Shown here piece after piece: positions 1 through 12,393 of a stretch of DNA of 64,000 nucleotides (within the stretch, counting starts at the first letter, position 1; each line of letters begins with the position of its first letter). Under the pieces are notes generated by a model. It made no database searches. It had not been told where the DNA came from and saw only the letters and a list, made by a program, of their open reading frames with translations. Origin of the DNA: Octopus vulgaris (taxonomy: Eukaryota); NCBI GenBank assembly GCA_951406725.2, contig OX597823.1, positions 99,262,001 to 99,326,000 of the forward strand, read 5' to 3'. Both the position numbers and the translations under genes were made by a program.

Positions 1-809
1 AAATAGATACCTCATAAAACATTGATTTATGTTTATTTTGACATGAAAAGGTTTGTAATTTTTATTAATTGACATCTTTATATACACAGATGTATATATG
101 TATACGTATATATATATATGTGTTTGTGTGTCTCTGTTTGTCCCCCAACATCGCTTGATAACCGATGCTGGTGTGTTTATATCCCTGTAACTTAGCAGTT
201 TGGCAAAAGAGACCAACAGAATGAGTACTAGGCTTATAAAGAATAAGCCCTGGGGTCGATTTGCTCGACTAAAGGCAGTGCTCCAACATGGCCACAGTCA
301 AATGACTGAAACAACTAAAAGAGATGTGTAGAATGATCCAGTGGCTTTGTATTTTTCCATAGCTCCCGTGGTTACCATGATATTCTACTATAATAATACT
401 CTTGTGTTTATGAATGAGAACGGATGGGGTGATAGATGAATAAAGAAGGAAGGGGGTGATGTCATATTTGGTAGTGGGATGATGAAAATTGTACGCGGAA
501 AAAAATAAATCAAACTGCGTTTCAACTCTGTGTATATGTAAAGGGGGGTACGTGAATGTGTATGCATGCGTGTATGTGCATAAGCACGCACAATGGGTGT
601 GGGATGGTTCATCTTTGTTCACTTAGTTTATTTTTTGATTTGGTTGAATATTGGTTGGTTTTCTTTTTGTTAGCCAGTTATTTTTAGCATTTTGACAGAA
701 AAAAGCCATTCTAAAATTGTTTTTTAACGTGTGCCCAAACAAGTCAAATGCTTACACAGAGCAGGTTTTATACAGCCACATCATCCAAACTGACCAGGCT
801 TAGCTGCTA

Positions 810-850
810 GTGTGTATATATATATATGTATGTATATATATATATATATG

Positions 851-924
<74 letters not shown>

Positions 925-1113
925 TATATGTATGTATATATACATATATGTATGTATATATATATACATTATATGTATATATATATAATGGCGGTGCCCC
1001 AGCATGGCCACAGCTCATAAGCTAAAACTGGAAAAATCAAATCATATATGTATACATACATATATATATATATACATATGTATACATACATATATATATA
1101 TATATATGTATAC

Positions 1114-1206
<93 letters not shown>
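810..1206. repeat. (TA)n/(TATG)n microsatellites
   Basis: Direct inspection. Confidence 0.95.
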
Positions 1207-1523
1207 CAGGGAAAAACTAGCTTTAGGATTAAATCAAATTTCACAGTATAAATATAAATTAAATTAGAGATAAAACCACTATTAGGCAACTCAAACAGTG
1301 ATAGACATAAACCAAAACATAAAAAACAATAAATACATTTTTCTATCTATTTTTTTACCTTAAAAATTTATATTCAACATAATAAATGGGTTGCATGACA
1401 TAATCCTAATGTTTTAAGTTTCTAATTTGATAATAGAGTTTTTAATAAGAAAAATTATTATTTTATTTATTTCTTAAAAAATATTGCTTAACTCTATTTG
1501 CTTATTTATTTAACTATTATCAT

Positions 1524-1623
1524 TAACCTGAAGATTGACTATAATTTTAATTCGAATTTTTAATTGAATTTAAACTTAATTGTAATTCGAATTGAATTAT
1601 AGCCATGAAACGTATGTAGTGTT
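1524..1623 (+). ncRNA. Degenerate type I hammerhead ribozyme with long stem II
   Basis: CTGAAGA (1528-1534), TGACTATAATT/AATTATAGCCA stem II, GAAAC-GTAT-GTA; stem I weak. Confidence 0.5.
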
Positions 1624-1899
1624 TTTACTTATTATATTATATTAAACTTTTTAATACTTTTTGATTAGTTTAAAAAAAAAGTTAGAAGTTTAAAAGTTTA
1701 AAAATTTATAAATTTAAAATTAAAATATAAAAATTTATAAATATAAATTTAAAAATTCCAAATTTCAATAATTTAAATTTTATATTTTATATATATTTTG
1801 TATATTATATTAATTATATTTATCTTTTGTTTTTTATGTTTTGGTTTATGTCTATCACTGTTTGAGTTGCCTAATAGTGGTTTTATCTCTAATTTAATT

Positions 1900-1931
<32 letters not shown>

Positions 1932-2475
1932 ATATGTGTATATGTATATATACATATATATATATATACATATATATATGTATATATATATATCTATTGT
2001 TTTTTGTAAGTTATTAATTAGCCAATGAGATATATGGATTGTTAATTAGTTATAGCGTTCTTTTAAAATAGTTTGTTTGTTTGTTTACAGTTAGCTTTTT
2101 CATCTTTAATCTTTTAATATATTTATAAGTAATAATGAATAATTAATTTATTAGGTCTTTATTATACGTGCATATATATTTATTGATAGAGATAATTTTA
2201 GATCTTAATTCTAATATTTATATACACTTATATATATTCATTGATAATTTAGTTATTATTCAAATATTATATAATTATTTGACTTGAAATTAAATTTAAT
2301 AATATGAATAGTGATTTTTTTTTGTTAAATATTTAGGTAATTAGTTATTGACTATAGCTGAGATAAGAAGTACACATGTGTTGTTCTAATGTGACTAGAA
2401 CTTCTTTAAGGTAAAAAAATAGAAAAATGTATTTATCTATTTATTATTTGTGGGTTTATTATGTTTTTATGTATG

Positions 2476-2630
<155 letters not shown>

Positions 2631-2639
2631 TATGGTACT

Positions 2640-5222
2640 ATCCACAATGCAATAGACCGCCACACCAAATAGAGTCATGGTGGACACCACTTGCAACAAC
2701 ACACACATCACCTCGATGCTCCTACTGAACATCAGAGGACTGCTAACACTCAGTAACAGGACAAAAATCCCTTTCTTGAGAGACCTTGTTGCATGCAATC
2801 AAGCCTTATGCATAGCACTTACGGAAACACACCTGAAACCGGACATAGCAGATGCGGAAATACACATACCACAGTACGGACCGACAGAAAAGAAAGAAGT
2901 CATGGTGGAGTTGCTATGTATATCCGCGAGGACCTCACACCCCAGGTCCTTTTGTCACTCTCAAATTCGGTGTGTGACACACTAATTGTACATATAAGGC
3001 AATTTGGTGTAGTTATATGTGCTACATATCGCCCTCCAGATGCTCCAAGCCATGTAGGCAAGTTTGAAGACTGCCTTGCAAAAATAGAAGAAGTTTTAGT
3101 CACATTAGAACAACACATATTATGTGTACTTCTTATGGGAGACTTCAATCTGCCCAATGTCAGATGGCCTGACGGCCTTTCTCTCCCAGGAATGACACGA
3201 TGTGAACGAGGACAAGCGAGGTCCCTCCTGAACCTCATCAACACTGTACATGGAACAAATAATACTCCAACCAACCAGGGCATACTGGATCTCTGCTTCA
3301 CAAATAATATGGATCTCATCCATAATGTGAATTTGACACTGACACTACTCTCGGATCACAACATAGTAGAGTTGACCATGTACGGGCCAAAGGAAAGCAT
3401 GGACATGCAGTCTACAAGAAACTCTCAGAATCTTTCCAGCTTGAACTTCCATAAGGCAAACTGGAAACAAATTGAGAAAGAGATCCTCAAACAAAACTGG
3501 CCTGAATGTCTCTCCTCACCAGACATCGACATGAAACTTCAACAATTCATGTCTGTAATGCAAGCTATATGCTACAAATAAGCCATATGCTACAAATGTG
3601 TCCCAGTTCTTGTGTACAGTGGCCTTTCGGCCACTGTACACAAGAACAAAATTCCCAGAGAGAGGAAAATTCTTATGAGACGGCGTACAAAAGTTTCAAA
3701 TCGCCTAAACAAACAAATTGAAAGCAGTGAGAAGTCCCGCCTGAAAATAAAACTGTTGGAAATTGAAAAATGTCTGCAACTCTCCCATGAAAAAGAAAGA
3801 GCAGACAAAGAAGCCTGGGCTATAGACAACATAAAATCTAACCCCAGAGCTTTCTACAAGTTTGCCAAAGAAACAGCTACGGTGCACTATAGGATAGGGC
3901 CACTCCTTGAAAAGGACGGTACACTCACAGGAAATTCAATAAGGATAAGTGAAATACTAAATGAACAATTCAAGAGTATTTTTACTCCACCCCTAGGGCA
4001 TTTTCAAGTCAGCAATCCAACTGACTTCTTTACTACTGCAGATATAAAATCAGAGGCAACGATGATTGATTACATTAATATAAAGGAAGACGATGTAATA
4101 AGAGCTATAGATGAAATGAACAAAAAACTCAGCTACTGGCCCCGATGGATTCCCAGCAATCCTTCTAAAAGTATGTAAGATAGTACTAGCAAGACCACTG
4201 CAGTTCCTCTTTCAGAGCTTCCTTGCAACTGGCAAACTTCCAAGAAAACTGAAGGAAGGTAAAATATGCCCTATTCATAAAGGAGGTAGCAGAGCGGAGG
4301 CCAAGAACTACAGACCTATCTCTCTGACCTCACACATCAGCAAGGTCATGGAACGAATAGTCAGAAGGAAACTAATCGCCTTCCTTGAAGAAAATAACTT
4401 GCTGCCTGACACCCAACATGGTTTCCGACCAGGAAGAAGCTGCCTAACTCAGCTCCTACAACACTATGACTGGGTGCTGAAACAACTGCTCAACCACTCA
4501 AATGTAGAAGTCATATATCTCGACTTTGCAAAGGCCTTTGATAAAGTCGATCATGGAATGATATGTCACAAACTGCGTGATCTTGGCATAGTTGGAAAAT
4601 TGGGAGAATGACTTCATGACTTTCTGAAAGATAGAAGTCAGGTGGTAGTAGCCAATGGGGCCACCTCCATTAACACGCAAATAGTGAGCGGTGTTCCGCA
4701 AGGCATTGTTTTGGGACCACTACTGTTCATAATGGCCCTCTCAGACGTGCCCTCAGCCTTGCAGAGAGCCACGATCACAAGTTATGCAGATGATACAAAA
4801 GTTTCACAGGTAATACAGAACCCTGAAGACACTATGCACTGCAATGTGAGCTGGACAAAATATACAAGTGGGCTGAAAAGAATAGTATGCAGTTCAATGC
4901 TGAAAAGTTTCAAGCTTTCTGCTATCAGCATGCAAAACTAAATGCAATACCCAATAAATACATTGGACCTGGAGGGATTGCAATCCCAGAGGCACAATCA
5001 GTGCGAGACCTGGGTATTTACATGAGTAATGATGCAACCTTTCATGTGCATGTTGCTAAATTGGCAATGAAATGTAGGCGGCTGACCGGATGGATTCTTA
5101 GAACCTTTAGAACAAGAGACCAGGAAACCATGATGGTCCTCTGGAGGACACTTGTCCTAAGCCACTTTGACTATTGCTCTCAGCTATGGTCACCATCCAG
5201 TGTCAAGTTAATCACAGAACTT
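2640..5222 (+). mobile_element. Degenerate CR1/L2-group LINE ORF2 (APE endonuclease and reverse transcriptase), 3'-interrupted
   Basis: Motifs LLNIRGL, ALTETHL, HGGVAMY, YRPP, MGDFN, LDL, SDH (EN); QHGFRPGRSC, YLDFAKAFD, GVPQG, YADD (RT); several frameshifts and stops. Confidence 0.9.
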
Positions 5223-5435
5223 GCAATTTCGGCTAATTAATCTTGAAAGATTAATCAGCTGAAATTGCGAGGATGATCCGGTTCTTCACTGAAGATTGAA
5301 GGCTTCGAATGTCCCGTCCGTGTTTTTGGTATCATCTCCTAAATGTTTTACATTCTTGTCCCAGTTTGTATTTTTTTACATTTACATATATATATATATA
5401 AGCGGCGTCTGTACCCTTATTGGTCTTATACGTAA

Positions 5436-5486
5436 GTATATATATATGTATTTACATATATATATATATATATGTATATATACCTA

Positions 5487-5569
<83 letters not shown>

Positions 5570-5642
5570 ATACATATATATATATATATGTATGTATATA
5601 CATATATATATATATGTATATAAACATATATATATATATATG

Positions 5643-5701
<59 letters not shown>

Positions 5702-5759
5702 ATATATACATATATATATATGCATATATATGTATATATATGTATGTATATATATATAC

Positions 5760-5797
<38 letters not shown>
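5436..5797. repeat. Imperfect (TA)n microsatellite
   Basis: Direct inspection. Confidence 0.97.
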
Positions 5798-5798
<1 letters not shown>

Positions 5799-5801
5799 AA
5801 A

Positions 5802-5883
5802 CTGAAGAGCAGAAATGTTGTCTATACATGCTTATCAATATAGGATTTCATTATAGGGACAACTCTTCTGCGAAATGATTGTA
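5802..5883 (+). ncRNA. Degenerate type I hammerhead ribozyme
   Basis: CTGAAGA-GCAGAA..GTTGTC..GACAAC..TTCTGC-GAAA-TGATT-GTA; stem I 5' strand replaced by (TA)n. Confidence 0.5.
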
Positions 5884-6194
5884 AGATGCTTAAATAATTA
5901 ATTCGAAACTTTTAAACTATCAAATTTATTTTATACATTATATTTATATTTATTATTTATATATATTTATAATACAATAAGTTCTTTCATACGGGTATAT
6001 CTTTATGATGAGTTTAGATATTAATTTCCTTATATTAATAATAATAATATATTATTAAAAAGTATATGTACATATATTTACATATATGTATATATCAAAG
6101 ATGCATATATATATATAAAAAAATGTATATGAGTAGGTGATGTGAATTATTCATTATTGGTGAATAGAAAATACACATCCTTACAGGTGTTATT

Positions 6195-6231
<37 letters not shown>

Positions 6232-6492
6232 GAAGGGTGAAATTTGTTAATTAAATTAATTAATTAATTAATTAGCAATTTTACCAAGTAGATTGGTACA
6301 CTAAAATAACCTTTATAGGTAAAATTATCCACATAATTATAATTTGGGTTCAGCTAACTGCTTCACCGCCTACCGAAATTAGAAATAGGAGTTAAAAATT
6401 CCTTTTCTACTAGTATAAGAATCTCCATGACAGCAAACATACTTTTTTACTAAGGCAAAGAGAAAAACAATGAATCAACACAACCATGATTA

Positions 6493-6555
6493 ATTATATA
6501 CGCGTTTCGAGATTAAAGTAATTTGAATTTTACTTACTTGTCTCTTCAGTATAAT
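6493..6555 (-). ncRNA. Type I hammerhead ribozyme (Penelope-type, minimal stem III)
   Basis: ATTATA-CTGAAGA-GA..AAGTAA..TTACTT..TC-GAAA-CGCG-TA^TATAAT: complete core, 6-bp stem I, palindromic CGCG stem III. Confidence 0.7.
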
Positions 6556-6771
6556 ATTATACTGAATTATAGCTGAACCCTTATTATAATTATGTATATA
6601 CATATATTTTTCTCTCCTTGTTTTTTCTGTGTCCCTTTCTGTAGAAGAGTGAGGGCTCAAAACGTAAAAGACTTTTTCTATTCCTGAGCTCTATACTAAT
6701 ACATCTGCTTGTTTTGTACACCACCTGTCTTCGTCTTTTGTTTTTTTCGTAAACTTTCCCTATATATATAT

Positions 6772-7053
6772 ATGCCAGCCTCGTCTGGCACCTGTGTCGG
6801 TGGCACATAAAAACACCATCCGAGATTGGCTGTCTGCCAGCCTCGTCTGGCACCTGTGTCGGTGGCACATAAAATCCCCCACTACACTCTCGGAGTGGTT
6901 GGCGTTAGGAAGGGCATCCAGCTGTAGAAACACTGCCAGATCTGACTGGCCTGGTGCAGCCTTCGAGCTTGCCAGACCCCAGTTGAACCGTCCAACCCAT
7001 GCTAGCATGGAAAGCGGACGTTAAACGATGATGATGATGATGATGATGATGAT
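6772..7053 (+). mobile_element. RTE 3'UTR-only fragment (similar copies at 17080-17415, 22262-22592, 50570-51020 on +; 43663-44060, 54128-54495 on -)
   Basis: Shared CACTACACTCTCGGAGTGGTTGGCGTTAGGAAGGGCATCCAGCTGTAGAAA...GGACGTTAAACGATGATGAT; internal GGCAC(A/G)TAAAA sub-repeats. Confidence 0.85.
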
Positions 7054-7137
7054 ATATATATTAGTCATGTCAGCTTTTCAAATATAAATGATGTGAGATT
7101 GCATTACCATGGCAATAATAATAGTAATAATAATAAT

Positions 7138-7170
<33 letters not shown>

Positions 7171-7172
7171 AA

Positions 7173-7945
7173 TACACATGTCGTGTATGTCAACAACAAA
7201 ATGAAACCATTGATCATGTTGTCTCCAAGTGCAGTCTTCTAGCGCCTACAGAGTATTTCAACAGGCATGATAGAGCTGCACAATATATTCACTGGGTAAT
7301 TTGCAAAAACCTGGATTTGCCCCATGAAAAAAACTGGTGAGAACACAAACCACCTCCAGTGCTTGAAAATGACCACATCTCACTCCTCTGGAACTTCACC
7401 ATTCAAACTGACACAAAGATAGATGCAAATAGGCCAGACAAAGAACATGCCTCCTCATTGATATGACTGTCCCAATCGATATAAACGTATCTGTCAAGAC
7501 CTACCAAAAACTGAGCAAATATAAAGATCTTGAAATAGAAATCAGCAAAATGTGGAAGCTGAAGACTAAAACAATACCTGTTGTCATAGGTGCCCTGGGA
7601 ATGATAGCAAAAGGGGCTGATTGCTACCTAACTCAGATACCAGGAAACCCAAAAATGGCAGAAATTCAAAAGATAGTGCTCATGGGAACTGCTCATATCC
7701 TATGCAAAACACTTTCTATGTAATCTCAAGGTTTAAAACAAACATAATTTTCGTTTTTTTTTTTAGACATTCACTAGTACAACACTAAAAAAAAATATAT
7801 ATATATATGGCACACTAGGCATAACAACAACATGAACTTCCAACCTGTTGTCTCTTGAGGTTTCTGGGTGAGACTTGGAGCCAACTTGTACAAATATAAA
7901 GCAAAAGTCAAACATATAATAATAATAATAGTAATAATAATATAA
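7173..7945 (+). mobile_element. 5'-truncated R4/Dong-type (restriction-like endonuclease) non-LTR retrotransposon
   Basis: CRVC..ETIDHVVSKC CCHC knuckle, RHD, NRPD..LIDMTVP, KLSKYKDL, IPVVIGALG; (TAA)n tail and (TAA/CAA)n 5' flank. Confidence 0.85.
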
Positions 7946-7947
7946 AT

Positions 7948-9148
7948 AATCATCATCATCATCGTTTAACGTCCGTTTTCCATGCTAGCATGGGTTGGAC
8001 GGTTCAACTGGGGTCTGGGAAGCCAGGAGGCTGCACCAGGCCCAGTCTGATCTGGATGCCCTTCCTAACGCCAACCACTCCGAGAGTGTAGTGGGTGCTT
8101 TTTATGTGCCACCTGCACGGGTGCCAGACGAGGCTGGCAAACGGCCATGATCGGATGGTACTTTTTACGTGCCACCAGCATGGAGGCCAGTTGGGGCGGT
8201 GCTGGCAACGGCCACGTTCAGATGGTTCTCTTATGTGCCACCGGCACTGGTATCTCAGCTACAATTTCCATTGATGTTGAAAGATTTCGATTTCGATTTC
8301 AATTTTCACTTGCCTCAACAGGTCTTCACAAATAGGGTTTGTGTCACAAGAAGGAAAGGTATGCATAAGTGGGCTGGCTACGTCCCAGGTAGAGGCCATG
8401 GGTTATGGTCTCACTTGTCCTGCCGGCTCTTCCCATGCACAGCATACTTCCAAAGGTCTCGGTCTCTGGTCATTTCCTCGGTGAGACCTAAAGTTCGAAG
8501 GTCGTTCTCACCACCTCGTCCTGGGTTTTCCTGGGTCTACCTCTTCCACAGGTTCCCTCAACCGCCAGAGTGTGGCACTTTTTCACACAACTATCTTCAT
8601 CCATTCTCGCTACATGACCATACCAGTGCAAACGTCTCTCTTGCACACCACAACTGATGCTTCTTAGGTCCAACTTTTCTCTCAAGGTACTTACACTCTG
8701 CCGAGTATGAACACTGACATTACACATCCATCGGAGCATACTGGCTTCATTTCTTGCATGCTTACACATATCTTCAGCAGTCACGGCCCAAGTTTCACTG
8801 CCATGTAGCATGGCTGTTCGTACACATGCGTCATACAGTCTGCCTTTTATTCTGAGCAAGAGGCCTTTTGTCACCAGCAGAGGTAAGAGCTCTCTGAACT
8901 TTGCCCAGGCTATCCTTACTCTAGCAGTTACACTTTCAGCACACCCGCCTCCGCTACTGACTTGGTCACCAAGGTAACGGAAGCTATCAACTACTTCTAG
9001 TTTTTCTCACTGGAATGTGGCGGAAGTTGGTCTCTGAGCATTTTCAGTGTTTATTGCTCCTGAGCATCTGCCACATACAAAAACTATCTTCCCAGTTAGC
9101 CTTCCTTTGATATTGCTGCACCTCTTATGTGTCCATAGCTTACACTTG
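7948..9148 (-). mobile_element. RTE-clade LINE 3' portion (RT C-terminus, 3'UTR, (GAT)n tail)
   Basis: ORF 8488-8874 LYDACVRTAMLHGSETW...RLHWYGHVARM...GRGRPRKT; tail ...GGACGTTAAACGATGATGAT. Confidence 0.9.
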
Positions 9149-9170
9149 GTAATAATAATAATAATAATAG

Positions 9171-9201
<31 letters not shown>

Positions 9202-9265
9202 AATAATAATACCACAAACAACAACAATGATAAGTTAAAAATAAAACCCCTCCATACTATATATG

Positions 9266-9457
9266 TCATCTTTTTATTACTTCAAAATAGAGTATAATCA
9301 TAACAATGGTGACTATAGTTAATAGAAAGAGGATGATGAAAGCTATTTTCATAATGAAATGGTATCTTTCTTGTTTCTGCTTTTTTTTCACAAAAATTCT
9401 GTAGCCAGTTATATCAAGAGGAGGCAAGCTGGCAATGAAATCTTGAGGTGAATGTGA
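9266..9457 (-). CDS. Same protein, terminal exon encoding a basic patch and a C-terminal transmembrane helix (…KKKQKQERYHFIMKIAFIILFLLTIVTIVMIILYFEVIKR*)
   Basis: Long T-tract plus CAG acceptor; 63 codons and TGA in phase 0; about 21-aa hydrophobic stretch. Confidence 0.7.
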   Translation of the reverse strand, partial: SHSPQDFIASLPPLDITGYRIFVKKKQKQERYHFIMKIAFIILFLLTIVTIVMIILYFEVIKR

Positions 9458-10059
9458 CTGAAAAGAAAAAAAAACAATTCATTTGAAATGTGTGTGTGTG
9501 TGTGTGTGTGTGCGTGTGTGTGTGCTTTATCTTTAATTTTTTACTTGTTTTAGTCATTAGACTTGAAAGAGTTTAATCAAACAAGTCAACTTCAGTACTT
9601 TTTTAATCAAGTATGGAACATATTCTATTGGTCCATTTTGCTGAACTGCTACATTACGGGAACATAAACTAACCAGCATTGGTTGTCAAGCAGTGGTGGA
9701 GGACAAATACACACACACACACACACACATTATGAAATAAAAGTAGCACTAGTAATGTAAACATTACTGATTGCAAATAAGCAAAATGCATACATTGTGT
9801 ATTACTGGTCAATATTTTAGAGATGAGGAATTCTGTACATGCACGCTCACACACACACACACACACACATACAATTCTACTTTCTTTTACCTCTCTCCTT
9901 GTTGGCCTTTAATCTGGATGTTGTAAGGGAGTGAGGAAATTGTAATTCATTGACTTGAATAAACTATGTACCAAGTCTCTTCTACCAGGCAAGCATTTGC
10001 ACAAATCTTTTCAGGTACCAACAAAAGCCCAACAACAACTGCCTTCCCATTGTCACTCT

Positions 10060-10222
10060 CAAATACACAATTTTAGGGCTGTGACTGTCAATGTTGGCAC
10101 AATGAAAGGGAGGTCTGGTGAGATTATTGAAATGATGCAGCGTCACCATATTGATGTGTGTGGTGTGCAAGAAGTGAGATGGAAGGTGGCTTCTGCTAGA
10201 TACCTCATGGGAAAGAAACAAC
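10060..10222 (+). mobile_element. RTE endonuclease N-terminal fragment
   Basis: TVNVGTMKGRSGEIIEMMQRHHIDVCGVQEVRW. Confidence 0.75.
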
Positions 10223-10467
10223 CAACATCAAACTAGCAACTAAATATGGAGTAGTGTGGTAGGTTCAAGACCAAACTGAAGCAAAGTACATTCCAGTATT
10301 GAGCTTTTGGTTTGTTACCTCTGTTGCTATAGGCCCAATAAAATACAACGCATCAGAGGTCTACACAATAACAGCAACTGGTATGTTAAAATAACCTTTA
10401 TAGGTAAAATTATTTTATCATGAACTTGCAAAACTTACAAAACAAAAAGAAAAGAAAAATTTCTCAC

Positions 10468-10629
10468 CAATATATTTGCTTCCATTAAAGTTCTTTTATT
10501 CCATGTATTTGTTATTGTGGTTATGTTTGAATGTGTAGAATAATCCTTCACTCTGGAATTACCAGTCACAGAATTATCATCTTTCTGCAGATACTTCTCC
10601 ATATAAGAAGGAAAATTCAGAACGGATAT
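10468..10629 (-). CDS. Same protein, predicted coding exon 2 (ISVLNFPSYMEKYLQKDD...TLMEANIL, 54 aa)
   Basis: TAG acceptor and GTGAGA donor; 162 bp open in phase 0, compatible with both neighbours. Confidence 0.65.
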
Positions 10630-11192
10630 CTATATTGAAAACACACAATAGTTAGAATGGAAACACAACAGTCACGTTAATTTATATCTTGAAGAATATC
10701 AGATTAATTAAATATCTTTATAGAGTTAATTTTTTGAATTTGATGTTCTATCTGGGTTGACCTTGTCTTCTAAAGCACACTGGTTTTTTATATATATCTA
10801 ACAATGCTTCAAGCAAACTACAACTTTCCTCTAAATGTAATTATGCTTTAGGAAGATATCTCGTGCAAATATATATCATATGTATGAAATGATGATGAAG
10901 GTGATTAATTAAAATATAAATGAAACGAAAGTGTGTGTGTGTGTATTTATGTATGCATATATGTGTGTATGTATATACATCCATGTGGGCGTGTGTGTGT
11001 GCATATATTTGCGTGTGTGTGTACATATATATATATATGTGTGTGTTATATAGAGATAGAAGTCCCCATGCAATTCATTAATTTGACGAATTGCATGGGG
11101 ACTTCTATCTCTAAATGACATATATTTCCTTATATTCCCTAATAAATAAAATAATCTATATACATATATATATATATATAAATAATAATAAT

Positions 11193-11259
<67 letters not shown>

Positions 11260-11559
11260 AAATCTTCAAATAAAAAATAAATACAAATCATGTAAATACA
11301 GCTACCCTGGTTGAAATAATAATTTATTCCATTTATCAAGCTGAAAACAAGTCCGTTTGTCAGTTGTCTTTTGAGCAGATAACATTTAAACAAAGGATAT
11401 TTGTAAAGAAGACAAAAAAAAAATACAAGGGAGATAACCAGCGTTACAATAATTTGATGTCAAGCAGATGTAAGCCAAATGTTAATGGTTCACAAAGTGT
11501 CTGATGATCTACTTTTAAATTCCAACAAGATGTATTTCTTGAAATGCTTCTTGAAATGT

Positions 11560-12350
11560 TTCTTTGGAAGAAAGGCATGTGATCCTACGGCTAATATTTG
11601 GAATTAAGCTTTTAAATACAATAGGTGGGTGACAAGAGTGCTTATTAATATATTTAAGATTCTCATTAGGTTTGTGGAAGGGCTTATATGAATTAGTTTT
11701 GAGATGTAAGGAAACATCTAAAAAGTCAGTTTCAGCTAGGTTGGTATTGATAGATATTTTAAATCCTAAAGAGTTGAAGGTAGTAATTAATTACTTTTTA
11801 AAGGAATCCATACCACGGCCATCTCAACTGTGTGATACTGCTAAAGTGCTGCTGCAGAATATACCAATGTATTGACCAAGAAATTTCAAATCAAAATGGT
11901 TTAAACCAACTAAATCACATATGTCCATGCAATCATAGGAACCCATTGGGACATCAAATAGTTTGCTTTGATTATCTTTTTTGGTCCAAATAGATCTGTT
12001 ACTGAATAGTAATGTCTTACATGTGTGCATAATGAACTGTATTTCTTGCTCATCTATGGTTATAAACAAATATTCAAACTCTAATGCATTACATAGCAGT
12101 GATTCAGATATTGACGGGTAGAAATCCACAATATCTGTGTGAATTTTGCTTTATTTCTATTGTGGATGGATTTGAACCAAAATATCATCAAGAAACTGTT
12201 AGTCCATATCAACAGTTTTGACGATTGCGTAATATTTTTATTAATGTTTCTTAAAAATGTTTTGCTCGCTAAGCCTAGTTCAGTCTTAGCTGGGTTAATT
12301 AGCCAACATTTTAGTCTATTATGAAAGTCAGGTTTATGATCCTTCTTGGC
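11560..12350 (-). mobile_element. Penelope-like element reverse transcriptase remnant
   Basis: KDHKPDF..LINPAKTELG, DFYPSI, FDVPMGSYD, DFLDVSL, YKPFHKPN..YINKHSCHPP; stops and frameshifts. Confidence 0.8.
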
Positions 12351-12393
12351 TGCAAATTAACAAGTAAAAGATAAAATATAAGTATGAAATATA

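Noticed and set aside
687-750. GCATTT-TGACAGA...CAAACAAGTC-AAATGC as a hammerhead
   Set aside because: Both core boxes deviate and no convincing stem II
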